Shown here piece after piece: positions 1-12,509 of a stretch of DNA of 64,000 bases. The DNA comes from Amoebidium appalachense (taxonomy: Eukaryota > Protista > Ichthyosporea): the NCBI GenBank assembly GCA_963693365.1, contig CAVNZM010000011.1, positions 62,001 to 126,000 of the forward strand. Direction: 5' to 3'. The stretch's first letter is position 1; every line of letters begins with the position of its first letter. The translations under genes and the position numbers were made by a program. The notes beneath the pieces were generated by a model that worked only from the letters and a program-made list of their open reading frames with translations, did not search any database and was not told the DNA's origin.

Positions 1-2189
1 TCAGTGCCCGCATTGCGCGCAACACGCAGATCATCATCCAGGAGGAGACGGGCATCACAAAGGTCATCGACCCGTGGGGGGGCAGCTACCTGATGGAGAA
101 CCTGACCAACACGATTCATGATGAGGCCCTCAAGGTCATCAAGGAAGTCGATGCCCTGGGCGGCATGGCCAAGGCCGTGGCCAGCGGCATGCCTAAGCTA
201 AGAATCGAGGAGTGCGCTGCCAAGCGCCAGGCTAAGATCGACTCTGGCAAGGGTGTGTGCTTTTGTGCATATCGGGGGAGGGGGGGGGGGGGGGGGGGGG
301 AGAGCTGTTGCTGACGTGTGCCTGCAGAGGTGATTGTGGGTGTCAACAAGTACCGCCTGGCCAAGGAGGAGCCCTTCGACGTGCTGTAGGTGTCCTGCCT
401 ACGGTGTCGGTCTTAGTTCCACCTCATGTGTGATGTGCCCAAACCTCGTTCTAGCCACCCCCCCTCCCCCGGTGCGCATGGCTGATGTTGCATGTTTAAA
501 TGTTTGCCCTTGCATGTGTTCTGCTCCTCATTGTGTATGTGTACTTCGTACTATGTTCCTCATTCAACCCCCCCTCCCCCCAAGCATCTGGCAAGTGCAT
601 GTCCCTGCTACTGGCACCCAAGTCCAAAGCAGCTCTTGTGTGGTGGCTGTATGCATGGCTGACGGGGACGCAGGGAGATCGACAACACGATGGTGCGCAA
701 CAAGCAGGTTGCCAAGCTGGAGAAGATCAGGGCCACACGTGACAGCGCAAAGGCCCAGGCCTGCCTCGATGCCCTGACTGAGTGCGCTAAGACCGGCCAG
801 GGCAACCTGATGGACCTGTCCATCAAGGTGGGTGTGTGTGTGGTGGTGGGGGCATGCAAGTGGTGCAGGGGGCTCACTAGGGGGTGTGTGGTGGTGGGGG
901 CATGCAAGTGGTGCTGGGGCTCACTAGGGGCTGTGTGGTGGTGGGGGCATGCAAGTGGTGCACCACTCCAGGGGCTCACTAGGGGCTGCAGGCTGCGCGT
1001 GCACGGTGCACGGTTGGGGAGATCTCGTTGGCGCTGGAGAAGGTTTGGGGCCGCCACAAGCCCGTGGACCGCATGGTCAGCGGGGCCTATGCCAGCGAGT
1101 ATGCCGACGCCAACACCCTCAAGAAGGCCCAGGATGCAGTCAAGAGCTTTGCTACGGCCGAGGGCCGGCCCCCCCGTATCCTCATGGCCAAGATGGGCCA
1201 GGACGGACACGACCGCGGGGCTAAGGTCGTGGCCACGGCCTTTGCCGACCTGGGCTTCGACGTCGACATCGGCCCCCTGTTCCAGGTCCGTGCCATGCCT
1301 GCTGCCTGCTAAGGGCTGAAGGGGAGGGGGTGGGCTTGGGGAGGAAGGAGGGGGAGACCATGGGTGGCCTAATGCTGCAGCACATTGAGGACACTCGGGG
1401 GGAATCAGAACTGCACTTAGGGAGAGGGGGGGGGGAGGGGGGGGGGGGGGGGGGGGGCGGGGGGTCCGCCCGGGTCGCACGCACCTCGTCCATGTCGATG
1501 GCCATCTTGCTGGTGGTGGCCCCGTTGTAGCTGTCGCAGATGTCAATGACGTCCGCCAACACCATGTAGTCGCCCGTGAACATGCGTGAGAGCAGTGCGT
1601 CCGTGTGCACGGCGAAGTCGGTCGAGACGTAGCGGGCAAGCGCACAGTAGGGGGGGCACATAACTGCACTGGGCGGGGCACATAGCTGCGCTGGGGAGGT
1701 TCATGGCTGCATTAGGACATAGATGCACGGGAGGGGCTTATGACCTCCCTAGGGGGCACATAGCACCACCAGGGGGACTCATGAGCCGCTGGGTGTGACT
1801 GGTGGAGGTGTGTGCTGACTTGTAGGGGGCTACAGACGCCCGAGGAGGTGGCCCGGCAGGCTGTGGATGCCGACGTCCACGTGGTCGGCGTCAGCAGTCT
1901 GGCGGCCGGCCACAAGACGCTGGTGCCGGCCCTCAAGAAGCAGCTGGCAGACATGGGCCGGGCTGACATCATCGTCACGGCCGGCGGTGTCATCCCCCCC
2001 CAGGACTACGACTTCCTCTACAAGGCTGGCGTCAGCAGCATCTTCGGCCCCGGTACGTGCAAGGCCGCCTGGGGGGGGGGGGGGGAGGTCATTGGTTGTG
2101 GTGATCTGACTAATGGGTGTGCAGGCACCAAGATCCCCGAGGCAGCCGTCAAGGTGATCGAGGACATCGGCAAGGCCCGCAGCAAGTAG
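1..2189 (+). CDS. MMUT: Methylmalonyl-CoA mutase, 3' part (5' end outside window); exons <1-252, 328-385, 674-827, 992-1285, 1836-2052, 2125-2189
   Basis: Spliced translation [17 protein letters not shown]...EVIVGVNKY...[40 protein letters not shown]|[15 protein letters not shown]...GGVIPPQDY...IFGPG|TKIP, with the DxHxxG cobalamin-binding motif. All five introns are GT-AG and phase-consistent; TAG at 2187-2189. Confidence 0.97.
472..580 (+). repeat. Dispersed ~160-bp intronic element, 5'-truncated copy A (MMUT intron 386-673)
   Basis: gctgatgttgcatgtttaaatgtttgcccttgcatgtgt...gtgtatgtgtacttcgtac...cattcaacccccc aligns by eye to 46624-46780 and to the reverse complements of 50675-50812 and 56821-56982. 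Confidence 0.8.
1485..1661 (-). other. Antisense coding-like exon nested in MMUT intron 1286-1835; resembles the C-terminal part of a KilA-N domain
   Basis: 59 codons ([59 protein letters not shown]) with strong C/G third-position bias, ending at GAG|GTGCGT, the donor hexamer also used in IMP3. [11 protein letters not shown] resembles the recalled KilA-N LAxWxSPEFAV motif. Confidence 0.5.
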
Positions 2190-2582
2190 ACCCATGCACA
2201 TGGCGGCAGGCCCGCCAGCACAAGCACCCCCCTGTATAGTTGTTTATTTTAGATGTGCCCCGTGCATATGCATGGCTGGCACGGCACCACTTAATCATCG
2301 GGGCAACACTAGAGTGCCCCGCTACATGTCCACAATACAAGAATGTGCATGTGGAAGCACGTGCATGCACGAAGCTTCAGTTTGTCTCCTGTTCCGATCC
2401 CCTCCCCCCCCCCCACCCTCACCCCGCACAAACACACCACAACCACAAATATCAAGAATCCCTATTAGCTAATCACGTGCCCGTGCAATGTGACGGCAAA
2501 GGCGTAACTCTACTCCTTTATGCAGGCGCTTCTGAGAGGGTTTGCAAAAAAACCAGAATGGAGAATGTGTGTGCAGTCTGGT

Positions 2583-2613
<31 letters not shown>

Positions 2614-2987
2614 AGAAAATGATCTCGAAATCCTCCAAGCCCTGCCTTTTCCTGCCCAAGCTTTTTTTGGGGTACCCCCCTGCAGGCTCCTTGGCTCTTT
2701 CATCTATATTTCGCACCTTATGTCCAAACTGGACATCGTGTTTGGATGAATGCAACAATGTGACTGTGTGTGTGTGCGTGCGCGCCTTACGGCAATGCCA
2801 TAATAGTCTGAACGGTGTGACAGTCTGTATGTGACGTGTGTGTGTGTGTGTGTCGATCCATAAACTAGTAGAGAAAGAGCCTCGGTGTTTGCATACCTCA
2901 AGTTAGTAATGGCCCCAGCACGGTGCCCAGAAATTTAAACGCGCCAATTAAGTGCACCTAGGCACTGTTGGTGCGCGAATGTGTCTA

Positions 2988-3101
2988 CTGTGTGTGTGTG
3001 TGTGTGTGTGTCTGCCTCTATCTCTCTTCTCTGTGTGCATGTGTGTTTGTGTGTGTGTTCGTGTGTGCATTATATGTGCGCATGTGTGTCTGCGTGTTCA
3101 C

Positions 3102-3185
<84 letters not shown>

Positions 3186-3237
3186 CTGTGTGTCTGTGTG
3201 TGTGTGTGTCTCTCAGAGTGTGTGTGTGTGTGTGTGT
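2988..3237. repeat. Compound (GT)n/(CT)n microsatellite
   Basis: Direct reading of dinucleotide runs. Confidence 0.9.
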
Positions 3238-3653
3238 AACATCTAACATTGTGTACGCGTATGATTGAAACAAATAACTATCAGAAACGAGAATCAATTA
3301 GTCAGCCGTGAAAATCAAACTGAATTTTGGATTAAGATGCCGAAAAGAACCTAAGCTATACAGGTCCTTCATATAGTTTTAAACTTAAATCCTAATGCCA
3401 ACACAACAGGCCGAGCTTCTAAATGAAGATTATCATTGAAAAAAAAAAACTAAAGGAACAGCAGGTGAACACGTGTTGGGTTTCTATGTGCCTCTGGATC
3501 CACGTTCATGAAGCTTCACATACTGCATGCATGTGTGTTGCCCCATGCACACACTTGTGCACTGCATTTGGCCTGCAAATGCAAGCCCGCATGTAGGCGG
3601 CATGGCAGCAGCAATGTCATGCAGTGTACACCGCAGTCCGCACATGGTGTAGA

Positions 3654-3687
<34 letters not shown>

Positions 3688-4240
3688 CCCCCCCTCCCTC
3701 CCTTCCCCTCTTCCCCCACTGTGACAACCACACACACCTTCCAACCGACCCCCCAAAACAAAACGCTCGCCCGAAACGGAGGGGAAGCCGGTTGAATATG
3801 TGTCTGTGGCACCGTATGTGTCAAGTGTGTGATACGTGCGCGCGCGCGCGCGCGTGTGTGTGTATGTGTGTGTGCACATGTGTGTGTGCATATGTGTGTG
3901 TGTCACGGTGTGTGTGTGGTGTGAGCTACAAACCAAGACCCAGGCCAAATCATATGCCAACGTAGATCAATCAAAAAAGTGCTGTAGTTCAGAACCCAAA
4001 AACAAAACAACTTGAAGGCAAGCGTGCACACACATACTATGATACTGTGTACCATTTAATAGTAATGGGGTCTATCACACACTTTCTCGAATGACTGTCT
4101 TGTATTCCAACTTATAATACTGGCTGCATTCCATGCCCCTTAGAATCCACATTTTCCTGCCCACACTGTGGCCAGTGTACAGCGACATTATGCAAGAGTG
4201 TGACATGCTGCAGTGCACGGCCACCCGCGCCTGTATCTAG

Positions 4241-4286
4241 TGAGGTTCTGCGGCCATAGGCCCTAAGGTTCATCATCTTAACCCCC

Positions 4287-4319
<33 letters not shown>

Positions 4320-4342
4320 ACCACCACCACCACCACCACCAC

Positions 4343-4378
<36 letters not shown>

Positions 4379-4482
4379 ATGTACAAGGGGTGGGTGGGTG
4401 GGGGGTGGGGGGTGGGGGGAGGGGGGAGGGGGCGAGGGGGGTTAAGATGATGAACCTTAGGGCCTGTGGCCGCAGAACCTCA
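4241..4482. mobile_element. MITE-like foldback element with ~46-bp terminal inverted repeats
   Basis: tgaggttctgcggccataggccctaaggttcatcatcttaaccccc (from 4241) is the reverse complement, with one mismatch, of gggggttaagatgatgaaccttagggcctgtggccgcagaacctca (to 4482). Interior is poly-C/(CAC)n/poly-A/G-rich. No clean TSD. Confidence 0.65.
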
Positions 4483-4497
4483 ATTGAATGGCACAAG

Positions 4498-4701
4498 TAA
4501 GACTGTCTGATGTAAGGCTATCTATCGGTACACTCTATATTGGAGGGTTAAGACTGTCTGATGTAAGACTATCTATCGGTACACTCTATATTGGAGGGTT
4601 AAGACTGTCTGATGTTAGGCTATCTATCGGTACACTCTATATTGGAGGGTTAAGACTGTCTGATGTAAGACTATCTATCGGTACACTCTGTATTGGAGGG
4701 T
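4498..4701. repeat. 51-bp minisatellite, 4 copies
   Basis: Unit taagactgtctgatgtaag(g/a)ctatctatcggtacactctatattggagggt repeated four times, near-identical. Confidence 0.95.
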
Positions 4702-5166
4702 TTTCATTGGACCCCCTACCCCGGACGTACCAGTTGTCGATCAGCGAGTGGCCCCTGTAGCGCCTAGTCCAGCCACCAAGTGGGCACAAAAGGTGCACAA
4801 TTACTGCATGTTGTTGGAAGGAGCCAGCAGCAGGCCCATCCATCATAGTATTAAAGTTTGGACTGCACCCATCATTCCCACGTCGCCACCGGCGGATACG
4901 TCCGTATCCACCCGTATTATTGTTAATGGCCACCGTGCAAGTTATGTTGCAGTGTGTACACGTAAGCAAAGAAAATCTAGGGCAGCAATTGAGAACTCCT
5001 TAACAAGAAATTTTTCCAAACCCCCCCCCCCCCAAAAAAAAACAAAAAAAAACAAAAAAAAACAAAAACAAATAAATGTAGCATTACTACGCAAGGATAA
5101 TGTCACGGACTTGTGCATCACAGTGATCATGTGGCTGCGCACCGCAAATGCATCTGCCTGTGCACT

Positions 5167-5269
5167 AGTATTGCATGCACGTGTGTGTGCACCAGTACTA
5201 TTGCATGCACGTGTGTGTGTGCGCCAGTATTGCATGCACGTGTGTGTGCGCGCCAGTATTGCATGCACG
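5167..5269. repeat. ~28-bp tandem repeat, 4 copies
   Basis: (ag)tattgcatgcacgtgtgtgtgc repeated with small variations. Confidence 0.85.
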
Positions 5270-5981
5270 GGAGCTCCCAGTGCCTGCTGTTATGCCGTCG
5301 GGTGAATTCTGACTATGTTCAAGACATCACCCAGCTCTTTGGACCATTTCTCTGCCCCCAGGACACCACCGCCACACGGCAGACACCAGCAAGGCCGGCC
5401 AGTGTTACGAGGGCTATCTGCAGCCCCCATTTTTAATTAATTGTTGCCACCCGGTGACTTGGTCCCCCCTGGAGACAGCACGCCACAGCTCACCCGTGTC
5501 CTTTCTATTGTTTGCAGACAGCCCTATGCCCACATGGAATAGACTTAACAACGCGGGGCCAAAAGTGTTGCTCTTATGTTCACACTATACTATCGGAGAT
5601 CAACAGCACATCTTTGCAAAAGTTTCATACCCTTTCATTCGGCACCACCATGCCTGCACCACATAAATTGTATCCCAGTGACATACGAACCATTATCAAC
5701 ATTCATGCTATATTTGGGTACAGATATATATATATATATATATTCACACACACACACACACACACACACACCAGTGCTTGGCCTGGCCATGTTTTTGCCA
5801 CGGCCTATCTGCTTGAGTGTGTGAGGAACTAAAATGGGCGGAAAAATGATACGTGTGCGTGTATAAAAGTGCAATGTAACGTGTATTCAAGGTTTTGTGT
5901 TGTAGGTTGGGGTCTTTGTGCGCGCGCATATTTAGCGTGTATTTGCGTGTTGATGGTTGTGTGTGTGTGTGCCTGCCACTG

Positions 5982-6854
5982 CTAAGCCACCAGCAGGCTT
6001 GTAGTGCTGTGCATGTTGTTGTAGTGCACCATGGCTGCTTCCTTCCACGCCAGCTCGGCCAGCATCAGCTCCTCCCTCTCGCTGTCCTCACACACGTGGA
6101 ACAGCGACGTCTTGCGCTCCTGTACAGCCCCTGTGTCCTCCGCCTGTGCTGCCTGTGCCTCCCTCTGCCTTGCATATGCCAGGGCAGCAGTAATGGCCCC
6201 GTCCAGGCGTGCCTGTGCCCGTGCCGTGTCCTGGGCCTGCAGGGTGGCCAGGGGGGGGAACCTGTAGACAGGCACGAGCGACTCCTTCCTCTCGTCCTTG
6301 GCCTGGCTGGGTGGTGGGGACGTGAACAGGTCCTTTCTGGTGGTGGGCAGTGGCGCCGACAGCACAGGCGCTATTTTCTTCTTCCTGCTACCCCGCCCCA
6401 GCCACCCCGCCACGGTTTGCCTGGCACGCAGCTTCTCGGAACCCAGCGACCCGCTGGAGGCCAGCGAGAGGGTCGACACGTCCTGCCGGGTCAGGGCTGA
6501 CGGGTCGGTGATGTAGGCGCGCAGCTGCAGCTCGGGGCCCTCGCTGCTCTGCACCCAGCGCTTGGCCGTGGGCAGGCCGTCGGGCGGCAGCAGCGGCCAC
6601 AGCAGGCGGGCCAGTGTGCGGCCGCTGTTGGCCTTGACCTTGACACTCAGCTCCCGGCCCCCGTCACTGGGCTTGGCGGCTATACGGCACACCGTGTTCC
6701 ACGTGGCCGTGCTGCCGTGCACGTCCACGCCGTCGGTCTTGTACTTGCGGCTGGCCACGGCCACCACGGCCTGCACGGCCACCTCCTTGCGCTCCAGCAC
6801 CAGCCCCCGCACCCCGTACACCTCCACCACTACCTCGCACCCGCCCTTGCCCAT
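5982..6854 (-). CDS. Intronless 290-aa protein with probable N-terminal C2 domain
   Basis: ATG at 6854, GC3-rich open frame. EVVVEVYGVRGL...AVVAVASRKYKT...TATWN...ELSVKVK...TLA follows the C2 beta-strand pattern. Confidence 0.7.
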   Translation of the reverse strand: MGKGGCEVVVEVYGVRGLVLERKEVAVQAVVAVASRKYKTDGVDVHGSTATWNTVCRIAAKPSDGGRELSVKVKANSGRTLARLLWPLLPPDGLPTAKRWVQSSEGPELQLRAYITDPSALTRQDVSTLSLASSGSLGSEKLRARQTVAGWLGRGSRKKKIAPVLSAPLPTTRKDLFTSPPPSQAKDERKESLVPVYRFPPLATLQAQDTARAQARLDGAITAALAYARQREAQAAQAEDTGAVQERKTSLFHVCEDSEREELMLAELAWKEAAMVHYNNMHSTTSLLVA

Positions 6855-8123
6855 CCTGCCGCCACAGCTCGCAGTGCTGCCGGGGTGGATGTTGACTGTG
6901 CTCCTACAAAAGTTCTTGTCTAGCTGGTTGATGGTTTCAGAGAGGCCTTACACAGATCCTACTATTAGTTTAGTGGGTGTGCTATATTAGTAACAGTGCA
7001 CTAGTGAGGCGCCATGCACTGCCCTCACAAGGGTTCTAGTCTGCCTTACAAAGGTCCCAGAGTCAGTATGGTTGTTTTAGAGACAGGGGCGAAGTCTTTG
7101 CATTGTTCTATTTCAAAAGGAAGCCTTTTTAGGCCCTTTCACTGTATGGTTTGACAGCAAGTGTTGGGTTTGCCATGGGTAAGACAGCCCTTTCTACCTT
7201 CTCCCATTCTAACGCCTGGCCTATGTTGCGAAGCGGAGGTAGTGGTGTAGGGACCTCAACTTTACTCGTTATTTATCCAGGGATTGGTGTAACTAGGCGA
7301 TATGATTGGCGTGGCCCCTGTTTTGCCACGTTGCTTTTATCGGTTTTTTTTTAGCAGCATTCCATCCGGAGGCACCCGCAGTCCCGCACTCCACCCAAAG
7401 TAACGGGGGGTGTTACGAAGGCCCACATTCAACCTAGATCGATGGCATGCCGGGTGGAATGCGGTATGTGAAAAAAAAACAGACCGATATGCTTTTGGGA
7501 TACACGATAAACAGCCAATTGCTAAACGTATAGACACTTTATAACATTCCTAAAATAGATCTATTCAATCGCAACGCTAATTAGGTGATAACGAGGGTAA
7601 GCTAAGCCAATCATCGGCGGCGACCGACCTTGACCAATACCGAACGTATTTTATCTGCTTGAGCCAATCACACCAATTCATAAACATGGACCAATCAACC
7701 AATCGGAGCATACTTTTGGTTTCAAAATGATTGGACAGAACTCGTAGGACAGAAAAACCGTACACCACCGCCTGGTATGATTTTCGCAAGTGGCCAAAAT
7801 CTTACAGGTAGTGGTAGGAAAAATGTTCAGAATTCATGGCATATAATACTTTCCTACACCACCACCTGAACCATTCGCAACGTCCGCCTGTTTTCGGATA
7901 CGAAGGTGCAAAAGCCGGAGCCCGGGGGGGTAGGGTAACACCTTTTACTTGTGCCATGGGTACACCAGCACTGCTTTACGATGGTCCACGTACAAGATCA
8001 ATCGGCCGATGTAAAGTGTCGCAGCAGTCACAAAGAGATTGGCTACTACATATGTACAATGTCTATGTATATGCCTATATACCTACACATGACAACTTTG
8101 GACAAGACAACCTCGAAATGTAC

Positions 8124-8502
8124 TCTGATGTTGATATTGCCTGGGAAGTTGTGCAGTGGCGTTGTAATTTTTGTTTCCATCGTCGCTGGTGCCACTTTTG
8201 TGCTGAACTTTTTATCGCAAGCATGTTGATAGGTGTGAGTGTTTATGTCGCGTTTTACCACTTTCCCTACGGGTGTCTGCTACACTGGCTGGCAATGTGA
8301 CCACTTAGACTTTTTGTTTAATTCTGTTGGTCGTCACATTGAGTATTTATATGATTTTCACACAGTGTTCAGGTATCTCAGTATGCACTTGTTACTGGAT
8401 AACTCGTGAAGTTTTTATTGTCTTCTCAGTATGCCGTCCATACTTGCATATCTTTCCGTCGAATAAAAATCCAGTCAAAAGAAAAAAAAAAAAAAGAAAA
8501 AA
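8124..8502 (+). mobile_element. 5'-truncated LINE copy (3' end only) with A-rich tail and 8-bp TSD
   Basis: Matches the reverse complement of about 39850-40210 (SDVDIAWEVVQWRCN..FHRRWCHFCAELF). A-tail about 8477-8502; direct repeat aaatgtac at 8116-8123 and 8503-8510. Confidence 0.9.
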
Positions 8503-9027
8503 AAATGTACCTATTAGCGCGACCGAGGGGTTTTATGGAGCCTGGCCGCCTGGGTACGCAAAGTTTGAGAATGAGTGCGTCCATTGGACCAACTTTTTTA
8601 AATACGCCAATCAGAAAACACATGGCAGCATAGATTGCTTTCGGCACCAGCCAGTCGAGACCATTATCCAATCGTTAGCCTCCTTTGACCCTGAAATTCC
8701 TGAATAGTTCAAAGTAAAAACACGGGCTCCAGAGGGCACATACGAACGGCTCATACCTGACTGTAACGAAACCGGGGATTGCAATTGTAAGCTCTGATCT
8801 GTACACGCAGGTTTCATGGCATTCAAAGACTTTTCAGGGTTTTGTTGCGGACATCATTGAAGCATAGTGACAAATGCAGCAGCTGCATGACAGTCTAGGA
8901 AGAAAAAAGTGCAATCGTGTGTACAAACATAGCCGAAGACTTGATTGGTCCACGTCATGATGACGGACACCAATTACACTCTTGTATGCAGCCGCATGGC
9001 GGCATGATGCGCGCTGCCTCAAAAGAG

Positions 9028-9827
9028 CACGGCCTCCTAATCTCCCGGGCCTGGAAACTGGTGCGTCACGATCTTAAGCTGAATTCCGGGCCAGGCTTAC
9101 TCCAGCCTGACCCGAAATGATCAGCGATTTCAGCCTGTTCCGAAAATAGCATCAAAAATGAGAGGCCCGGTTCCGAAAATATTATTGTAACAGGCTGGTT
9201 TTGGCGGGGAAATTGGCCAATCGCATCGTTCGTAGCTGACTGTTCAAGCTTTTTTTTTCCGAGCAGGCTGAGCCTCATACGGTTGTTGTTTTTTGCTTAG
9301 GACAAACACCAAACGAATACCAAAATCGTTGGCTCTTAAACACCGTTAAGCTACGTATTTAGCTAATCTAAAATGGGGTATAAAGATGCCTACTCAGAAT
9401 AGTGTATATGGCTGACAGTCCAACTACGTAACTACGCCTTCGGGCAGGAAATGCACTGTGCTGCGGTGTAAAAGCCGAAGGATCCTTCTGAGCAACCACG
9501 TTCAAAATGGGTGGCGGGCTATATTTACCCTAAGATAAGAAGGTTTGAATTAAGAAACCTGCCACACGGAAGGAAATGGGGGGAAGGGAGAATAATAGAA
9601 AGCAACTCAACTTCACAACCCTCCCCCCCCCCCCCCCCCCCTCCCCCCTCCCCGCCCCCACCACCACCATCACCACCACCACCACCACGCATCCTGACAC
9701 TTTGGGGGGGTGCCTGATTGGCTAGGTTTGTTCTTCCCCATTTCCTCCCATTTCACAGCTAACCGTGTGGTTTCCCGGTGCCTACCGCTCCACCCATCAC
9801 TAGAGATTTTGCCCCCCTCCCCCCTCC

Positions 9828-9860
<33 letters not shown>

Positions 9861-10691
9861 GCAGTACCAATAAACGATAGTCTCTGCTCCCTCCCGACCT
9901 TTTTCCTGCCCATCTAGCAACTCTTTTTGAAAATTAAATAGGGCCGAACCAAGTATATACACTTACAACATGGCTTAAGCTTCTTATGCTTAGAAAAAGA
10001 GAGGGAGGGAGGGAGGGAGAGAGAGAGTGAGCGTGGGAGTGAGCGAGATAGAGCTATCGAGTGTGTGTGTGGATGGCTGAGTATGTGTGTGTGTGGTTGT
10101 GCGGCCGATGTGGGATGTGCATGTTTTTTTTAGGCCTTTTGTTTATATGCGTGCGTGCGTGTGTGACCGTGTGCATGTTTGGGTGTGTGCGTGTTTGCGT
10201 TTTCATTGTGCCGACGCCAGAGTCTGAAGTTGTGTGTTAATCGGCTCTTTGCTCGGCGCAAGAGTAAGAGCGTGTATCATGGGTGTTTGTGTGTTTGTGT
10301 GCGTGTGTGTGTGTGTGTGTGCCAGTGTTCCTCCCTCCCCCCCCCCCCCCCCCTCCTCCTCCCCCTTCGCCTCTTAAGCCACAACCACCACCACCATTCG
10401 TGCCATTGCAACCGTGGTTGGCACACGCAACCACATTAGTTCCACAGCTGAAAAATAAATACACATTTGTGCATTTATGTGTGTTTGTGTGTATAATATA
10501 ATCATGTATGACGGTTTCAAGTAGTCATGTTTCTTCTCGCGGTTCAGTGAGCCTTGGAAAGCTTCGCGTGTTTTGAGTACTGTGACGTGTCGATAGACTT
10601 TGCCCCTCGATCGATCCAAACCAGCCTGTTCGATTTTTAGATTCCGATTCGAACCCTGCAGTTTCCAGGCCCGGGAGATTAGGAGGCCTTG
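9028..10691. mobile_element. Non-autonomous hAT-like DNA transposon (1.66 kb)
   Basis: 33-bp TIR ca(c/a)ggcctcctaatctcccgggcctggaaactg at 9028-9060 and inverted at 10659-10691. Flanks caaaagag (9020-9027) and caaaagac (10692-10699) form a 7/8 TSD. CA...TG ends plus an 8-bp TSD fit hAT. No transposase ORF inside. Confidence 0.85.
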
Positions 10692-11800
10692 CAAAAGACA
10701 CGAATAGAGCGAAAAAAGCTAAACAATAAATACAACCGTAACTGTGAACAGCAGTATCTTATTCTATAATAAATGATATTAGACGCTGTGCATGATGTTC
10801 TTCCGGACTCGGAACAAAAGTTACCACCCAAAGAGGAGATTACGTAACAGCACTGTATCTTAACCATGGATCGACAGTAGACAAGCACACACTGACAGAC
10901 TCTCTGCAGCTGAGCCTACAAAGTGAACACTGAACACATCGATATCATGCATGGTGCAACTGCAACCGCGCCGCCAAGACATGATGTGTGCCGCCCTGAG
11001 TGTGTGTGCCAGTTTAGAGGAGCACGTGACTTTTTAAAATGAACCCACCCAGCCTTTGTCGGTGCCGGACAACCACCACCTCACTTGGACAGACTGCTGC
11101 TGCTTCTATAGTGCCAAGAGGGAGGGAGGAGGGAGGAAGGAGTGGGTGGGTGGGTGGCTCGACTGCACAACCCGTTACCTGCACACGTGCACATGCTGCA
11201 CTCAGACACACACACACACGCACACGCACACACACACACACACAAGCACACAAGGCAAAAAGCACACAAGCCAGGCATACACGCACCGGGTGGGTGGGTG
11301 GTGGTGGAGGAGGGGGGGCTCCTCGAAGGAGGAGGGCGCAGGCCCGGGAGGGCGGCTCTAGAGGGGGCAGGCAATGAAGGGGCTGGGACGGAAGGCACAC
11401 AAAGCCTACTGGCATACTTGAAACGTGCGCACTGCCCCAACCCAGGGCCAAACTCAGTTACAGTGTAAAACGGCGCACCACTGAACAGGAACTCAACTGC
11501 TTTATGCGCCCATGGCCAGGGCGTTAATATTAGGCACACACCCACATCAAAGTGGGTGTTGCTGTTGGCACTGTGGCACCACGGCTTTCACTAAAACCTG
11601 TGCAACACTCTTCCGGGTTGGGGAGTATTCTAGCTGGTATTCTGTTCTAACTAATGCATACAACGGCAGGCAGAATATGTACAGGTCGGGTCGGATCAGT
11701 ATGCAACCCGGCATCATCACGTTAAATTTAAAAAAATAGATCTCGCGTCTCTGTGCCACACCTGTAAGGCTAACATCTTGTGTGGATACCTTCCGCACCC

Positions 11801-12470
11801 CTAACCTATCTCCCTTGCATAGAGCACGGTGCCGGTCCCCCCCTGGCCATAGAGCACCCTGTACACCGGCCGGCCCAATATCCTCAGCTCCTCGACCTGG
11901 GCGGCAGCCCCCCAGCAGCGGCGGTGCACAAACCCGTACCTGCCGGCCAGCTGGCAGCACGGCATTCTCCGCCCCCCCTCTATGCACCCCAGCTCAGGCC
12001 TGGGCTCCTCCACATGCACTTCCAGAAATACCCCCCCATAGAACACAGGCCGCACGGGCAGCTTCGAGGGAAACGAGGAAGAAAAATGCACCGTTACGTA
12101 GGAGCCCAGGTGGCGAAAAAGAATGGATAAACTGTTTGGTGAAGGTGTTTGTAGAACCAGGTGCGCTGCAGGTGTGTTTGTTTGTATGTTTGTGGGTGCG
12201 TGGGTGCGTGCGCACGCACGCATATGTGTGTGTGTGTGTGTGTGGATGGAGGTCTATGATGTGTGCGCATACACACTGACATGGCTGTGTTGCAGGCATG
12301 CACATGCACTGTGAGTGAGTGAGTGAGTGCGTGTGTGTGTGTGTGTGCATGATAGGTGGATTAGTAAACATGCAAGATGCAAGCAAAGTGTGAGTGTGCA
12401 CATGCACTGACACGGGTGTGGTGCAGACATACACGTGCAGTATGTCTATGTGAGTGTGTGTGTGTGTGGT

Positions 12471-12509
<39 letters not shown>

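Noticed and set aside
5300-5660. Coding-like GC-rich patch
   Set aside because: No consistent frame, exon chain or recognisable domain.
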